Positions 28,012 to 28,828 of a DNA stretch of 28,828 nt are shown piece after piece. Positions within the stretch are counted from its first letter, which is position 1, and each line of letters starts with the position of its first letter. The notes under the pieces were generated by a model. It did no database searches and was not told the DNA's origin. It saw only the letters and a program-made list of their open reading frames with translations. The DNA comes from Armatimonadota bacterium. Its GTDB lineage: Bacteria > Armatimonadota > Zipacnadia > Zipacnadales > UBA5352. Made by a program: the position numbers and the translations under genes. The stretch is from assembly GCA_034722055.1 (NCBI GenBank), contig JAYENL010000210.1:1-28828 (forward strand), in the 5' to 3' direction.

Positions 28012-28640
28012 TGCGGCGCGGGGGGTTCACGCTTATCGAGATGCTGGTGGTAGTGGGGATCATCGCGATCCTCGCGGCGCTGCTGTTCCCCGTCTTCGCG
28101 CGGGCCCGGGCCACCGCCCGCAAGACCCAGTGCATCGCCAACCTCAAGCAGCTCGGTCATGCCATGGAGATGTACGCCTCCGACTACGATGACCGCTATC
28201 CCTGGGCCAAGGACGCCGCCGACGCCTACTGCCCCCAAATCTGGTCGGGCTTCCCCCAGTGGCAGGCACAGCTTCCCTACATGCCCCGCCTCAAGGACGT
28301 CATCCAGCCCTACACGAAGAGCCGCGAGGTGCTGCACTGCGCGGCCGACACCGGCTACGACCGCCTGGAGGGCACCCCCTATCCCATCGACGCCGAGCCC
28401 GTGGCCTTCCACGCCGTCGGCAACAGCTACCACTGGCGCACGGAGGTGGCCTTTGCCGGCACCGGCCCCTCCACGCTCGCCAAGCCGGCCGAGACGAACG
28501 TCATGATGGACGCCAACGGCGGCTGGCACGGCGACAACAGCTACATGAAGGGCCGCTGGAACGTCCTCTACGGCGACGGGCACGTCAAGAACATCAACCG
28601 CTCCCAGCTCGACGAGGCCTGGTTTACGCCGGTGCGGTGA
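28011..28640 (+). CDS. Prepilin-type N-terminal cleavage/methylation protein with C-terminal H-X-DG motif (DUF1559-like)
   Basis: [42 protein letters not shown]...[15 protein letters not shown] overlap with rnhB. Confidence 0.9.
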   Translation: MRRGGFTLIEMLVVVGIIAILAALLFPVFARARATARKTQCIANLKQLGHAMEMYASDYDDRYPWAKDAADAYCPQIWSGFPQWQAQLPYMPRLKDVIQPYTKSREVLHCAADTGYDRLEGTPYPIDAEPVAFHAVGNSYHWRTEVAFAGTGPSTLAKPAETNVMMDANGGWHGDNSYMKGRWNVLYGDGHVKNINRSQLDEAWFTPVR

Positions 28641-28707
28641 GGCGAGTGCCCAGTGGCAGAAGTTTGCGTGTTATCCAGTGTCGCGGTGGTGCCTCTGCTG
28701 GTACCAT

Positions 28708-28812
28708 GGAGGGGCCGCCGCGAGCGAAGCGAGCGGGGCGCGGTCAGGAGCGGTAGCAACTGACCGCGCAGGTTCCACCCCGGCCCACTGGAGACCTTCG
28801 GTCTCACGGGCT
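28708..28812. repeat. Palindrome cluster (REP-like or terminator)
   Basis: CCGC-ga-GCGAAGC-ga-GCGG; GCGCGGTCAG/CTGACCGCGC 10 bp IR; GAGAC-cttcg-GTCTC. Begins with the same GGAGGGGCCGCC as position 13780. Confidence 0.45.
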
Positions 28813-28828
28813 TCCAGCCCGACCATCA

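Noticed and set aside
28738..28770. GGTCAGG hairpin as possible SRP (4.5S) RNA
   Set aside because: Lacks the conserved CCGGAAGG-AAGCAG domain IV sequence.

Overview
High-GC bacterial chromosomal window, probably Armatimonadota or a similar lineage. That placement is an inference from the H-X-DG prepilin-like gene, the Terrabacteria-type rimP-nusA-infB and ffh-rpsP-khpA-ylqD-rimM gene order, and very acidic proteins. The left 13.5 kb is accessory. It holds a 5'-truncated SorE-like/SrlD-like fused dehydrogenase, a zinc-ribbon membrane protein, an EryC-like sugar-phosphate epimerase, a secreted transglutaminase-like/FN3/Ig protein, two membrane hypotheticals, folE2, a signal-peptide-bearing pcm, a GT-C glycosyltransferase and a LonB/LonC-type protease. 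The right 15 kb is housekeeping: rimP-nusA-infB-DUF503-rbfA-nrnA-truB-ribF, then ffh-rpsP-khpA-ylqD-rimM-trmD-rplS-lepB-rnhB and a prepilin-like gene. The most notable observations are: (1) a candidate ~90-100 nt minus-strand sRNA between lon and rimP, with a near-consensus promoter, G-U-supported hairpins and a C8/anti-SD loop; (2) NusA carrying a C-terminal IF2_N-like domain while the adjacent IF2 seems to lack its second IF2_N; (3) the SorE-SorD-like fusion next to an EryC-like epimerase; (4) nested inverted-repeat and REP-like elements sharing a GGAGGGGC motif; (5) an atypical-codon insertion in signal peptidase I. I saw no CRISPR array, rRNA, tRNA or transposase. All family calls come from motif recognition by eye; no database search was run.
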